Shown here one piece after another: positions 1 to 11,346 of a DNA stretch of 64,000 bases. Within the stretch, counting starts at the first letter, position 1; each line of letters opens with the position of its first letter. The notes under the pieces are model-generated. The model was not told the DNA's origin and did no database searches. It worked only from the letters and a program-made list of their open reading frames with translations. The DNA comes from Candidatus Latescibacterota bacterium (lineage in GTDB: Bacteria; Latescibacterota; UBA2968), in the NCBI GenBank assembly GCA_965222605.1, contig OZ244960.1:704001-768000 (forward strand), written 5' to 3'. The position numbers were made by a program, and so were the translations under genes.

Positions 1-575
1 GGTAAGTCTTTTAGAATGCCCATGACGGTGTAATTTTTAATTTCGTTTTTACGCTGTGTGGGATTGAAACGCTGAATGGTAATCACCTCGCCAATCGCAT
101 TGGCATCTTTGAAATACTTTTGAGCAATTCTTTCGGTTATAAGCGCGGAATACTTGTCTTGAAGAGCAGCCTTGCCACGGATGACTGGAAATGAAAATAT
201 TTCGAGGCAGTTGGGATCGACATAACGCCACGAAGCTCGAAAAGCCCGATCTTCTGTGCCAATTTTTCCAAATCCCACCGCTAAACGAGATGTCTGCATT
301 TCGGGGAATGCCTCCCTCAGTGACGCACCGTCAGAGACTCGGGGCTTCTCTGCGATTCCGGATGGCGTCTGCGCATAAACCCGATAGATGCGGTCGGCGT
401 TTTTGTGAAAGGTGTCGTAGGTCCATTCGTGATGGACAAAGAGGAAGGTGATCATGCAGAATGCAAGGCCGATGGCGAGGCCGATGATGTTGATGGCGGA
501 GTAGATGCGATGTCTGGCGAGGCTGCGGATCGCCGTTTTCAGGTAGCTATAAAATAAAGACATTTCACCGAACAT
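1..575 (-). CDS. ABC transporter permease (MacB/FtsX-like), N-terminal part; runs off window edge
   Basis: Not in ORF track. Manual translation from ATG 575 gives MFGEMSLFYSYLKTAIRSLARHRIYSAINIIGLAIGLAFCMITFLFVHHEWTYDTFHKNADRIYRV, the typical MacB-type permease N-terminus; GGAGA RBS at 581-585. Confidence 0.88.
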   Translation of the reverse strand, partial: MFGEMSLFYSYLKTAIRSLARHRIYSAINIIGLAIGLAFCMITFLFVHHEWTYDTFHKNADRIYRVYAQTPSGIAEKPRVSDGASLREAFPEMQTSRLAVGFGKIGTEDRAFRASWRYVDPNCLEIFSFPVIRGKAALQDKYSALITERIAQKYFKDANAIGEVITIQRFNPTQRKNEIKNYTVMGILKDL

Positions 576-640
576 TGGTTTCTCCTGTGTAGGGATAGGA
601 CTTGCACCATACAGGTAAAGTGAATCTATAAAAAATATAA

Positions 641-656
641 AGCAATTTCTGTGCCA
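641..656 (-). promoter_or_regulatory. sigma-54 (-24/-12) promoter
   Basis: Minus strand reads TGGCAC-AGAAA-TTGCT, an exact RpoN consensus, ~65 nt upstream of the permease start. Confidence 0.8.
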
Positions 657-719
657 AAACTATCTTCTCTATGTTTTACAATTAGTTACGAAAATTTGTC
701 TCATGAACAAAGTTTAATA

Positions 720-760
720 AGTGTCCGATTTTGATACAGTAGTGTCCGAAAATGAACACT
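720..760. promoter_or_regulatory. putative enhancer (UAS) sites for a sigma-54 activator
   Basis: Two GTGTCCGA...ACA boxes 21 bp apart in an AT-rich region upstream of the sigma-54 promoter. Confidence 0.5.
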
Positions 761-1089
761 TGAAATAAAAACAAGCGTATTGTTTTATTATTGGAAAAAA
801 TAAAAACCATATCCTGAATGATGTTGTGCGAAATAATTAGCACATAAATTATAAAAAAATAGCCAATTAAAAATTCGTTGTCAAGACCAGCGTGCGGAAT
901 AATTAGCAGTATTTTTAAATGCACAGAAGGAGCTCCAAAGATATTAAAAAAACGCCTGGTATTGTTTGAATGTATCTCAAGGTCCTTACCCCAATCATAC
1001 CATCCTTCCAATCTCCTCCACATGGCAAAAAACGGCGGTGGATATTATTTCCACTGCCGTTTTTTGATCATTGCAACTAAATTTGAAAA

Positions 1090-1587
1090 TCAGAGTTGAA
1101 AATTTAATCCAACAGAGAAAGGTTGCTCGAGGATGCCTTCCGCCTTTGCTATGGGAATTGTCCAGAATGTATTGAGATTCAGGGCAATCCGATTAGACAA
1201 AGAAATAAGCGCCCCGATCTTTGGTTGAAAGAAAACGCCGGAATTTGCAGGTCGGTAAATCGTACCACCAGAAAGGGTATAATAAAATCTAAATCGCCCC
1301 ACAATCTTATGAACATTGCGAATACCCACACCAAGCGTAAACTGACGCCTACCATCTGGTTCCCCTGGAAGTTTGATTATCTGATCACCATAAGCCATTG
1401 CAACTTCCAGGCCAATAGATGGTTTCAGTCCCAATATGCCCAAGAGCTTTATTCGAGATTGGTAACCATTAGCCGGCGAATTTGCAAATTCCCCCTCTAC
1501 ACCGACATAGTTGTGTTTCATCTCTGCGGCAGCAAGCGGACTGGATAGAAGCATCAAAAATATTAAAAAAAAGAGTAAATTTTTCAT
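1090..1587 (-). CDS. secreted protein, probable small outer-membrane beta-barrel
   Basis: Signal peptide (MKNLLFFLIFLMLLSSPLAAA), alternating beta-strand pattern, C-terminal VGLNFQL; GGAGG RBS. Confidence 0.6.
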   Translation of the reverse strand: MKNLLFFLIFLMLLSSPLAAAEMKHNYVGVEGEFANSPANGYQSRIKLLGILGLKPSIGLEVAMAYGDQIIKLPGEPDGRRQFTLGVGIRNVHKIVGRFRFYYTLSGGTIYRPANSGVFFQPKIGALISLSNRIALNLNTFWTIPIAKAEGILEQPFSVGLNFQL

Positions 1588-1758
1588 CTATAGCACCTCC
1601 CTTTCAGGCTTGGCGATTCGGGTTTAGAATTATTTTTTTTCAAGTATAAGGGATAGGTTGCAAAAAATAGAACGAACACTCCAGACACCCGCCCTGCACG
1701 AACGAAAAACTTCACGCTATCATTCGCCGCGAATAATAAAATTATGATAAGTTCGTGT

Positions 1759-2028
1759 TCAAGTATCCAATTGGTCCCAATCTGGTGGCGTTTGGTCGGG
1801 GATTTGTTTTTTCATAACAGCGTCAAACGCCTCCAGAATTTCTCGTTTGTCTTTGCCTGCATATTGGTTTTGAAAAAAGGCTGTGGTTTCAAGTTCGGCA
1901 ATTTCGCGCGCAAAAGCATAAATCGCAAACTGATTCATAGACACGCCCTGTTTTTCGGCTGTCCTTTCTATTCTCTCTTTGAGGTCCTTCGGCACGCGAA
2001 TGGTCAATACGTGATTCTTTTTATTCAT
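1759..2028 (-). CDS. antitoxin, ribbon-helix-helix (HicB-like) DNA-binding protein
   Basis: VLTIRVPKDLKERIERTAEKQGVSMNQF RHH motif; start MNKKN overlaps the toxin stop. Confidence 0.8.
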   Translation of the reverse strand: MNKKNHVLTIRVPKDLKERIERTAEKQGVSMNQFAIYAFAREIAELETTAFFQNQYAGKDKREILEAFDAVMKKQIPDQTPPDWDQLDT

Positions 2029-2458
2029 AACGTTGTCTCCAATATCGAACAAATTGAGCTGGCGTAATGATATCGAACTGGTCAAATCTCAATTCCGTTC
2101 CTTTTGTAAAGTCATCAACATTTTGAGTAATGACATATCGCACATTGCTTGCAAAAGCCAGATCAATAAACATATTATCGTTCTCATCACGAAGATTGGG
2201 TCGCATGAGAAAGTAGATGGGAACAGGCTTGCCAATATACGCTATAAATCGAAGTACCGATTCTATCTCTTCGCGCGTTCGTTTGAGGTCCTGGAGTGTG
2301 TTTGGGCGCAACAAAACATCTGAATATTCTAAAAAGACAGGGATTGATAGGGCCAAATCGAGGCGATAAGCGCGAATGAGTTGTAAAATATAATTTGATG
2401 CACCTGCGATATTTCGCAGTGCCTGGTAGAGGACATTGGTATCCATTACAATTCTCAT
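2021..2458 (-). CDS. PIN-domain toxin (VapC-like) of type II TA system
   Basis: MRIVMDTNV...EY...RDENDNMFIDLA...ITQNVDDF, the acidic PIN motifs. Confidence 0.88.
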   Translation of the reverse strand: MRIVMDTNVLYQALRNIAGASNYILQLIRAYRLDLALSIPVFLEYSDVLLRPNTLQDLKRTREEIESVLRFIAYIGKPVPIYFLMRPNLRDENDNMFIDLAFASNVRYVITQNVDDFTKGTELRFDQFDIITPAQFVRYWRQRYE

Positions 2459-2886
2459 GTCAAAATGGTAGTATATATGCTATCAAGTGTCAAGAAAATA
2501 TTGCGACGAATGCATCAGGAGAAATCGTGCCAAATCTCATTTTTCTGCCTAAAAATAAAAGAGAGGCAAGTCTCCACCGCTCTGTTACGCGACTAATCAG
2601 TCATCTTTTTTCCCTTCCCCGCTCAACCACCATCATCCAAACGCCTGGGCGGAGACACCAGAGCCATACCCCGGGTATAAGCCCAATGCCGAGCGGCTTT
2701 GACGAGCTTTGGATTGCCAGACGCGAGCATTGCATTCATATTTCCCTTTCCATCTGTTATCCCTACTCAATTCAAGCCCCGCGGTTGACTGTGTATCCAA
2801 CAGTCTATATACTATCGGCATAGGATTTGGTGTCCTATGTGTCAGTGCTGCTCTATTCATCCTTACCTTTTTCGAGGACGATAGCA

Positions 2887-2994
2887 ATGGTTGAGACGAT
2901 TATTGGTATGGCTCTGGTCACCGCCTTGTGCTGGGTAGTCGCATTGTTGGTGCGGCGACAGAAAGTAAGACGGTCAGACGATCTTAAAAAATAA
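2887..2994 (+). CDS. small single-pass membrane protein (35 aa)
   Basis: GAGG RBS then MVETIIGMALVTALCWVVALLVRRQKVRRSDDLKK*: hydrophobic helix plus basic tail, followed by a terminator. Confidence 0.55.
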   Translation: MVETIIGMALVTALCWVVALLVRRQKVRRSDDLKK

Positions 2995-3025
2995 CACTGA
3001 TCGCTGTCCCATATTGAACAGACCA

Positions 3026-3060
3026 GCCCCCCGAAATACACATTTCGGGGGGCATTTTTC
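3026..3060 (+). terminator. intrinsic terminator between convergent genes
   Basis: GCCCCCCGAAAT-ACAC-ATTTCGGGGGGC stem followed by T-run. Confidence 0.75.
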
Positions 3061-3079
3061 TTAGCTATTTCAACAGCGA

Positions 3080-4921
3080 TTATTTATACGCGGCCAATTT
3101 CTCCGCAACCAAATCGACCAACTTTTCGCCTCGCAAATTTTTGGCAATAATCTTCCCATTGGGCGCAATCAGAAAAGTAGTTGGCCAGGACACAATCCCA
3201 TAAGCCTTCTCGATTTTCGGATCTGCTATCCCATTGGGATATGGAATTTTGTTCTCCTTGACAAAATCTGCCAAATTTCTCGGATCATCATGAGCCAAAC
3301 CGATAACCTTCAACTCTTCCGAGAAAGATTGAGATAACTTCTTGAGGTGTGGCAATTCATTAAGACAGGGCGCGCACCATGTCCCCCAAAAATCGAGCAT
3401 CACGAATTTGCCACGAAAGTCCGAAAGCCGCAACGAATCGCCATCCACAGTTTGCACAACAAAATCGGGCGCAACGCTGTCTTCTCGCATATCCAGTGCG
3501 TTCAACAACTTTTCAGTTGCACCATGCAAAACCGTTTTGGAATTTGGGTATCTTTGAATAAGCTGATCAATAGCACTTCGGGCAGCAACGGGGTGATCTC
3601 GGTCTCTGTAATGTTGAGCCATACGCCACAGCAAAGATTCCCCTTCTTTGGTGCCAGGTGGCAAGTTGCGTTCATGAACCACCAGAATGCCAGTAAAGTA
3701 AAAAGGTGGTATATTATATTTTTCGCCAAAATGAGGTGCAAAATGGAGGCCCTCGTCAAGACTTAATAGAGTGTGTGAATATGTAGCGTAAGTGCGAAAA
3801 AAAATGGAATTGGGATCTACCTTTTTTACCAATTGCGCCATTTGGCTGAAATAACTCTCATAAACAGAACTTTGATAGTGTTCTCTTATTTTCGTTTCGT
3901 ACTCCTTTTTTTCACTTCTCAACTTTCTCAACTCTCTCCTCACTCTATTATGAGGATGAAATCTATCTAAGAATTCGAACTCTTCTTGCAAGAGGAACTG
4001 CTCAAAATAGGGTGGGTATTGATTCACTATTTCTCGAAGCCTATTTCCCTGGTCAATAAAAGTAGAATCCCAGACATCTGAGCTTCGGAGCATTTTACCA
4101 TAAGAAAGCATACCCTTTTTCCGAATATTCTTCATTTCTTTTACCAATCTCGAGAAGATCGCTTGAAGCTCATTATTAGCAGCAAATTCCGCTCTGGAAG
4201 CTCTTTTGGGGGCATATAAAGAAGGATCGAAAATGATCTCGCCACCTGTATAGACTGAACTAAATCCAATCAGTCTGCTACTCCTCTTTTTTGCATTTGA
4301 ATGTCTTAAATCATAGACCTCACTGTTATTGTTATGTACAATGAAACGATACCCTTCGCCCTCCTGGACCGGATTTTCGCCCGGTAATACCCATACACTG
4401 TCTCTTTTTACCAACTCTACTATATCAGGACTTCTGACGCGCCATCGACAAAACTCACCCCACAGCTTGACCCATTCAATATCATCTTTTTTATTAAGCC
4501 CGAATGGTTCAAGATATGCTTTCACCTCTACTTGTGTGTCAGCATCTGGTACCAGAATGGCCGTCTCCAATATTTCATAACCAAAAGCGGAAACAACGAG
4601 CGTATAAAGTCCTGGTTCGAGATCAAATGCAAAATCCCGGTCATAAATGGTTTGCGAGTTTTTCGGTCTGCGTGTGAAAGGGTACCATTTTGCTGACAAC
4701 AGTGGCTCGATCCCTACAAGAAACGAATCGGGAATCGTTTGACCATTCACATGAATCGTTCCCGATATTTTTGATTTCGAAGGCTTCGCGGGTTTTTGCT
4801 CTTGAGGATGTCCTGTAATCTCTATTGCCCGGTCTTGTGACATAGCGCGCAATGAATCCGTCGATGCTATCACATTGATCGAAAAACACAGCCAGAATAC
4901 CAATGTCATCTTTAATACCAT
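3080..4921 (-). CDS. exported TlpA/AhpC-TSA thiol-disulfide oxidoreductase with long N-terminal region
   Basis: Signal peptide; C-terminal APDF...LSDFRGKFVMLDFWGTWCAPC thioredoxin fold. Confidence 0.85.
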   Translation of the reverse strand: MVLKMTLVFWLCFSINVIASTDSLRAMSQDRAIEITGHPQEQKPAKPSKSKISGTIHVNGQTIPDSFLVGIEPLLSAKWYPFTRRPKNSQTIYDRDFAFDLEPGLYTLVVSAFGYEILETAILVPDADTQVEVKAYLEPFGLNKKDDIEWVKLWGEFCRWRVRSPDIVELVKRDSVWVLPGENPVQEGEGYRFIVHNNNSEVYDLRHSNAKKRSSRLIGFSSVYTGGEIIFDPSLYAPKRASRAEFAANNELQAIFSRLVKEMKNIRKKGMLSYGKMLRSSDVWDSTFIDQGNRLREIVNQYPPYFEQFLLQEEFEFLDRFHPHNRVRRELRKLRSEKKEYETKIREHYQSSVYESYFSQMAQLVKKVDPNSIFFRTYATYSHTLLSLDEGLHFAPHFGEKYNIPPFYFTGILVVHERNLPPGTKEGESLLWRMAQHYRDRDHPVAARSAIDQLIQRYPNSKTVLHGATEKLLNALDMREDSVAPDFVVQTVDGDSLRLSDFRGKFVMLDFWGTWCAPCLNELPHLKKLSQSFSEELKVIGLAHDDPRNLADFVKENKIPYPNGIADPKIEKAYGIVSWPTTFLIAPNGKIIAKNLRGEKLVDLVAEKLAAYK

Positions 4922-4975
4922 CTCGTGCCCTCGCAATTCTATTGCCTGACTAATCGGTCATCTTTATGAGGCAAT

Positions 4976-7684
4976 CTATTCCTTTGGCAATTGAAAGTTG
5001 ATCGGCTGAGTCATCCATACAGCTACGACTTTGCCATTGTGTTCCGCAGGCTTGAACCGCACTTGCGATACCGCATCTATAGCCGCTTGATGAAAGACCT
5101 CTGGCCCTCTCAAAACCCGCACATCGCTCACCGAGCCATCCAAATTAACTATAAACTTCAAAAACACTTTGCCTTCCAAACTATCTCTGAGAGCCTCCTC
5201 GGGGTGCACAGGCTTAACAGAGTGCAGGACCTTGGGCTTTGCCTCAACCATATAAAATTCAAGGACCTTACTACTGTCAGCATCGCCAGATGCAGGCGGC
5301 GTGGTCTGTTGCTTTGGCAACCGAAACGTGACCGGCTGAGTCATCCATACAGCTACGGGTTTGCCATTGTGTTCCGCGGGCTTGAATCGAAATTGTGATA
5401 TCGCGTCTATTGCTGCCTTTTGAAATACCTTCGACCCTGTGGTTCTCAAAACCTTCACATCGCTCACCGAACCATCCACATTAACTATGAACTTCAAAAA
5501 CACTTTGCCTTCCAAACTATCTCTGAGAGCCTCCTCGGGATGCACAGGCTTAACAGCGTGCAGGACCTTGGGCTTTACCTCAACCATATAAAATTCGAGA
5601 ACCTTACTACTGTCAGCATCGCCAGATGCAGGCGGCGTGGTCTGTTGCTTTGGCAATCGAAATATAATCGACTGCTGCATCCGCACGGGCACAACTTTGC
5701 CATTGAGTGTCCCCGGCTTGAATCGATATTGCGAGATCGCGTCTATAGCCGCTTGATGAAATTCCTCCGGCCCTTTCAAAACCTTCACATCGCTCACCGA
5801 GCCATCCACATTGACCTTAAGCTCCAAACGCACAGTAACTCTTGGTGGATACACAAATTTAACAGATTGCAGGAGTTCGGGCTTGGCTTCGACCTCGAAA
5901 AATTCGGGGACCTCAACCTCATTACCATCAGCATCAATTGGCACAGGCGACGTGAGTAGGAGATCCGTGTCCGTGGAACCTAATGAAAACTCAATTGGCA
6001 TAATCATCCACACGGGCACAACTTTGCCATTGTGCTCCGCGGGCTTGAACCGAGATTGCGATATCGCGTCTATCGACGCTTGACGAAAAATCTCTGGTCC
6101 TTTCAAAACGCTCACATCACTTACCGAACCATCCACATTGACTACAACCTTCAAAGTCACTTTGCCTTCTATCCTCTCCTTCCGCGCCTTTTCGGGATAT
6201 ACAGGTGTAACAATATTTATGGGATGGGCCTTTTCTTCAACCTCGTTATAAGCGAGAACCTCAACTCGCCTTCCGAAGCGAAGTAGATATTTGACATTTC
6301 CCTTTATTTCTTCGACCTCATCATAGATTACTTCGATCTCATCATATTTAAGGGCCTCAACCACACTGCTGTCAGTATTGCCAGATACAGATGGCGTGTT
6401 CTGTTGCTCCCTGAAAACTAATGAAAACTCAATTGGCTGAGTTATCCATACAGCCACAACTTTGCCATTGTGCTCCGCGGGCTTGAACCGAAATTGTGAT
6501 ATCGCGTCTATTGCCGCCTTTTGAAATATCGCCTTCCCTTTCAAAACACTCACATCGCTCACCGAACCATCCACATTGACCATAAACTTCAAAAACACTT
6601 TACCAGTTAGACCCGCTTTTCGGGCTATATAAGGATATACTGGCGGAACATCATGTATAAGGACAGGCTCTGTGTCAACCTGGTCAATTTGCATAACGTC
6701 ACTACTATCAGCATCAGGGGATGACTGCGTGTAAGCCTCTCGAATCGAAAAAGGCACAATCGCCAAACCGATGAGAATCGGAATTGCCAACTGCCATTTG
6801 GACCGTTTCACATTGTCCTCCTTGAAATTAAGTACATGCTCCAATCGTTTCTTGAGCGCAGTTCCACGCTCGTTGAAATACAGCGCACTCAGAGCCGGTC
6901 GTCTATCGACAAATCCGAACAAAAGCCGCCCGTATTCAGCAGGCGTCAAATTCGTCTCGCGCAACACCGCCTCGTCACAGCGCAACTCGCGCAAAAAAGT
7001 CAGCCTTCGATTCAGCAGCCAGATTAGCGGATTCACGCAAAACAGCGCCGTTGCTATCGCCTGAAAAATCAGCACCCAGATATCGCGATTATCCCGATGC
7101 GCCACCTCGTGTGCAACAACACCGCGCAACTCCTCGGACGACCAGGATGACCAATGCGCTGGCAAATACAATCTCGGTTTTACAATACCGACCAAAAGCG
7201 GAGAACGCAGACTGGCTTTGGCATAAACCTTCATATCGCGCGTCCCGTTCAGCAATCCCACCTCCCGCGCCAGATCAACCGGCATTGCCAAACTGAGAGC
7301 GCGGTGAAACGCCGCATTCTTCCACAACGTCACACCCGCCCATACCAGAACCGAAATAGTCCACAAACAAAACAGATAAAACGCCAGTGGGAGCGGTGCA
7401 ATTTGCACCGGTGCAACAACCTCGTATCCAGAAACCACATCGGCATAAACAGGTCCAATCGGCACATCGTCGGATACCATCAAAAACTCTGGCAGCGGAA
7501 TAGCGAAAAAAGGCGGCACAAACACCTTCGCCAATGCCAACAAATAGAGGGCATACCGCAACCGCGTATCCAGCGTCATCCAACGATCCACTGCCCACAC
7601 CAGCAAAATGAACAGCGACACTTCGACAAAATGCACCGCATAAAGCGGCCACCACGCCTCGGCCAAACGGATCAACGCATCCAT
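4976..7684 (-). CDS. BlaR1/M56 peptidase fused to five TonB C-terminal domains
   Basis: TM helices, HEVAH zinc motif, LRELRCDE; five copies of GKV(F/T)LKFxVNVDGSVSDVxVL...AIDAISQxRFKPA. Confidence 0.9.
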   Translation of the reverse strand: MDALIRLAEAWWPLYAVHFVEVSLFILLVWAVDRWMTLDTRLRYALYLLALAKVFVPPFFAIPLPEFLMVSDDVPIGPVYADVVSGYEVVAPVQIAPLPLAFYLFCLWTISVLVWAGVTLWKNAAFHRALSLAMPVDLAREVGLLNGTRDMKVYAKASLRSPLLVGIVKPRLYLPAHWSSWSSEELRGVVAHEVAHRDNRDIWVLIFQAIATALFCVNPLIWLLNRRLTFLRELRCDEAVLRETNLTPAEYGRLLFGFVDRRPALSALYFNERGTALKKRLEHVLNFKEDNVKRSKWQLAIPILIGLAIVPFSIREAYTQSSPDADSSDVMQIDQVDTEPVLIHDVPPVYPYIARKAGLTGKVFLKFMVNVDGSVSDVSVLKGKAIFQKAAIDAISQFRFKPAEHNGKVVAVWITQPIEFSLVFREQQNTPSVSGNTDSSVVEALKYDEIEVIYDEVEEIKGNVKYLLRFGRRVEVLAYNEVEEKAHPINIVTPVYPEKARKERIEGKVTLKVVVNVDGSVSDVSVLKGPEIFRQASIDAISQSRFKPAEHNGKVVPVWMIMPIEFSLGSTDTDLLLTSPVPIDADGNEVEVPEFFEVEAKPELLQSVKFVYPPRVTVRLELKVNVDGSVSDVKVLKGPEEFHQAAIDAISQYRFKPGTLNGKVVPVRMQQSIIFRLPKQQTTPPASGDADSSKVLEFYMVEVKPKVLHAVKPVHPEEALRDSLEGKVFLKFIVNVDGSVSDVKVLRTTGSKVFQKAAIDAISQFRFKPAEHNGKPVAVWMTQPVTFRLPKQQTTPPASGDADSSKVLEFYMVEAKPKVLHSVKPVHPEEALRDSLEGKVFLKFIVNLDGSVSDVRVLRGPEVFHQAAIDAVSQVRFKPAEHNGKVVAVWMTQPINFQLPKE
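4991..5656. repeat. near-identical tandem duplication of TonB-C coding unit (330 and 336 bp)
   Basis: Units 4991-5320 and 5321-5656 share long identical stretches, both ending GGCGGCGTGGTCTGTTGCTTTGGCAA. Confidence 0.85.
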
Positions 7685-8070
7685 TACGCGCCTCCTTTCT
7701 CCCTCGCCTCAATCAGTGCGCGCAACTCATCCAGCTCTCTATGCGAAAGCTCACCCGAATCCACGAGATAAGTTGCCAGCGCCCCAAAAGACCCCTCGAA
7801 CATGCGCGACACCAGCGTGCGCGTCTCGTCCTGCGCCACATCTTCTCGCGACAGGGTTGGCGTGTACACATTCACCGGACCGATCTTCTGCCGATTGAGC
7901 ACACCCTTTTCAAACAGAATATTCATAATCGTCTGCACCGTCGTATAAGCCTTCTCGCCATTGGGATACAGATAATCGACGACATCGCGCACCGTAACCT
8001 GACGGTCGAGATGCCACACGCCATCCATCACTTCCCATTCGGCCTCAGCCAGTCGTTTCTTCGCAGCCAT
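7684..8070 (-). CDS. BlaI/MecI/CopY family transcriptional repressor
   Basis: LAEAEWEVMDGVW...AYTTVQTIMNILFEKGVL; coupled to the M56 gene. Confidence 0.93.
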   Translation of the reverse strand: MAAKKRLAEAEWEVMDGVWHLDRQVTVRDVVDYLYPNGEKAYTTVQTIMNILFEKGVLNRQKIGPVNVYTPTLSREDVAQDETRTLVSRMFEGSFGALATYLVDSGELSHRELDELRALIEAREKGGA

Positions 8071-8086
8071 AAGACCCTCCTTGAAA

Positions 8087-8134
8087 ATATTACTAATTTT
8101 TTAGTAATATGACGAACTTATTAGGAGAAGTCAA
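8087..8134 (-). promoter_or_regulatory. sigma-70 promoter with overlapping BlaI-type operator
   Basis: TTGACT-17nt-CATATT on minus strand; perfect palindrome ATATTACTAA-TTTT-TTAGTAATAT at 8087-8110. Confidence 0.75.
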
Positions 8135-8156
8135 GCAAAAATCCTATTTTTTAACG

Positions 8157-8196
8157 AAAAAAAGAGCGGCAGGTTGCAAAAACCCACCACTCTTTT
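8157..8196 (-). terminator. intrinsic terminator closing the sigma/ABC/RNAP-like operon
   Basis: Minus strand GAGTGGTGGGTT-TTTGC-AACCTGCCGCTC-TTTTTTT (12-bp stem with G-U pairs). Confidence 0.7.
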
Positions 8197-8217
8197 GTGT
8201 GTTCAATCGTCCTCTTT

Positions 8218-11346
<3,129 letters not shown>

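Noticed and set aside
682-1099. ORFs 682-1023 (-) and 878-1099 (+)
   Set aside because: AT-rich regulatory region, no RBS or recognisable motifs; probably spurious
2512-2533. Third sigma-54 promoter (TGGCACGATTT on minus strand)
   Set aside because: The -12 element reads CTCC rather than TTGC
2623-2739. 38-aa minus-strand ORF MNAMLASGNPKLVKAARHWAY...
   Set aside because: Has a possible RBS but no family evidence; may be a gene remnant, too weak to call
4991-6650. CRISPR-like or non-coding repeat array
   Set aside because: Repeats are ~330-bp coding TonB domain duplications; no repeat-spacer array seen anywhere in the window
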